Assembly (NCBI RefSeq): GCF_902713615.1
Contig: NW_024055820.1
Span: forward strand, 310,001 to 374,000
Origin: Scyliorhinus canicula
Lineage: Eukaryota
Length of the DNA stretch: 64,000 nt
Reading direction: 5' to 3'
The stretch's first letter is position 1. Each line of letters begins with the position of its first letter. Below the pieces are notes generated by a model. The model ran no database searches. It saw nothing but the letters and a program-made list of their open reading frames with translations, and was not told the origin of the DNA. This document shows, in pieces, positions 62,966 through 64,000 of the stretch. The translations under genes were made by a program, and so were the position numbers.

Positions 62966-63873
62966 GATATTAGACAAGGAGGAATTACAGACAGAAATCT
63001 CAAATGTTACGTCCCGATCTGGCAGCCACTCCCTTCTTTGGAACCTGAATACCATCGGGCTTTCAATCTAGAAGGAGAAATGTTTACCCGAACTGTTAGC
63101 TAAACATTTCAACCATCAGTGCGACTGGAAAAGCACCGAGACCCACACAACACACACCCGAGTGAGAGAGTTCCAGTGAACTGACTGTGGAAAGAGCTTT
63201 AACCAGTTACACAGCCTGAAAAACATAACATTCAGTGTGAGGAGAGACCGTACCCATGTTGTGGATGAGACTTCAACTGATTGTCCAACCTGGAGAGACG
63301 TGAGGAGACCCAAAACATGGAGAAACCGTGGAAATGTGGGACTGTGGGAAGGGATACAGAGCCCCATCTCAGCTGGAAATTCATCAACACAGTCACACCG
63401 GGGAGAGACCATTCACCTGCTCAAAGTGTGGGAAGGGATTTATTCAGTTCTCCAGTCTGCAGACACATCAGCGAGTTCACACTGGGGAGAGGCCATTCAC
63501 CTGTCCTCAGTGCGGGAAAGGATTTACTCGAGTATTCAACCTGCAGTCACACCAGCGAGTTCACACTGGGGAGAGGCCGTTCACCTGCTCTCAGTGTGGG
63601 AAAGGATTTACTCAATTATCTCACCTGCGGACACACCAGCGAGTTCAGACTGGTGAGAGGCCGTTCACCTGCTCTCGGTGTGGGAAGGGATTCACTCGGT
63701 TATCTCACCTGCAGTCACACCAGCGAGTTCACACTGGGGAGAGGCCATTGATCTGCTCTCAGTGTGGGAAAGGATTTACTTGTTTATTCTCCCTGCGGAG
63801 ACACCAGCGAATTCATACTGGGGAGACGCCGCCCACCTCTCCATGTGAGACCACTTTGCCTCCAGTGGGCTGA
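62966..63873 (+). pseudogene. C2H2 zinc-finger gene terminal exon (KRAB-less shark type); frameshift in the first finger, 5 further fingers
   Basis: Acceptor TTTCTTCCAG|G at 62965; repeated CxxCGKGF...[10 protein letters not shown]; ATG GAG AAA CCG TGG AAA TGT GGG at 63317 is out of frame with the finger array; one finger ends in Q instead of H. Confidence 0.8.
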
Positions 63874-64000
63874 TGCTCTTTGAGCCTTGTTGCTAATACC
63901 TGGCTTCAAATTGCACAAGGATCACAGGATGAAAGGGTGTTTGGAAGTTTGAAGATATTTCGTTTCCATTTCTGTTTGGAACCCCCAAAGCATGCCACGT

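Overview
Genomic DNA of a cartilaginous fish. It is probably a carcharhiniform shark such as a catshark, inferred from the SINE families and Ig sequence. The window holds one complete germline, unrearranged IgM heavy-chain cluster on the + strand: leader, VH, D1, D2, JH, a ~15-kb J-C intron, Cmu1-Cmu4 with secretory tail, TM1 and TM2 (31.4-56.7 kb). The RSS pattern is 23 / 12-22 / 12-12 / 23. All coding exons are open and all other splice sites are canonical, but the JH splice donor reads AT instead of GT, so the cluster may be crippled in cis. The J-C intron contains large strand-skewed repeat tracts, a G-rich 20-mer array and an AGCT-dense 29-mer array derived from a SINE head just 5' of Cmu1; these resemble switch-region-like AID substrates. 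The upstream 31 kb is repeat-rich intergenic DNA: SINEs, CR1/L2/L1 fragments, Penelope fragments with hammerhead cores, and a ~5.4-kb tandem duplication carrying tRNA-Asn pseudogenes. Downstream lie a minus-strand zinc-finger remnant, an NRF1/YY1 promoter and a frameshifted C2H2 zinc-finger gene. Most ORFs in the supplied track are spurious (repeat-derived). Repeat boundaries are approximate; Ig exon and RSS coordinates were read directly from the sequence.
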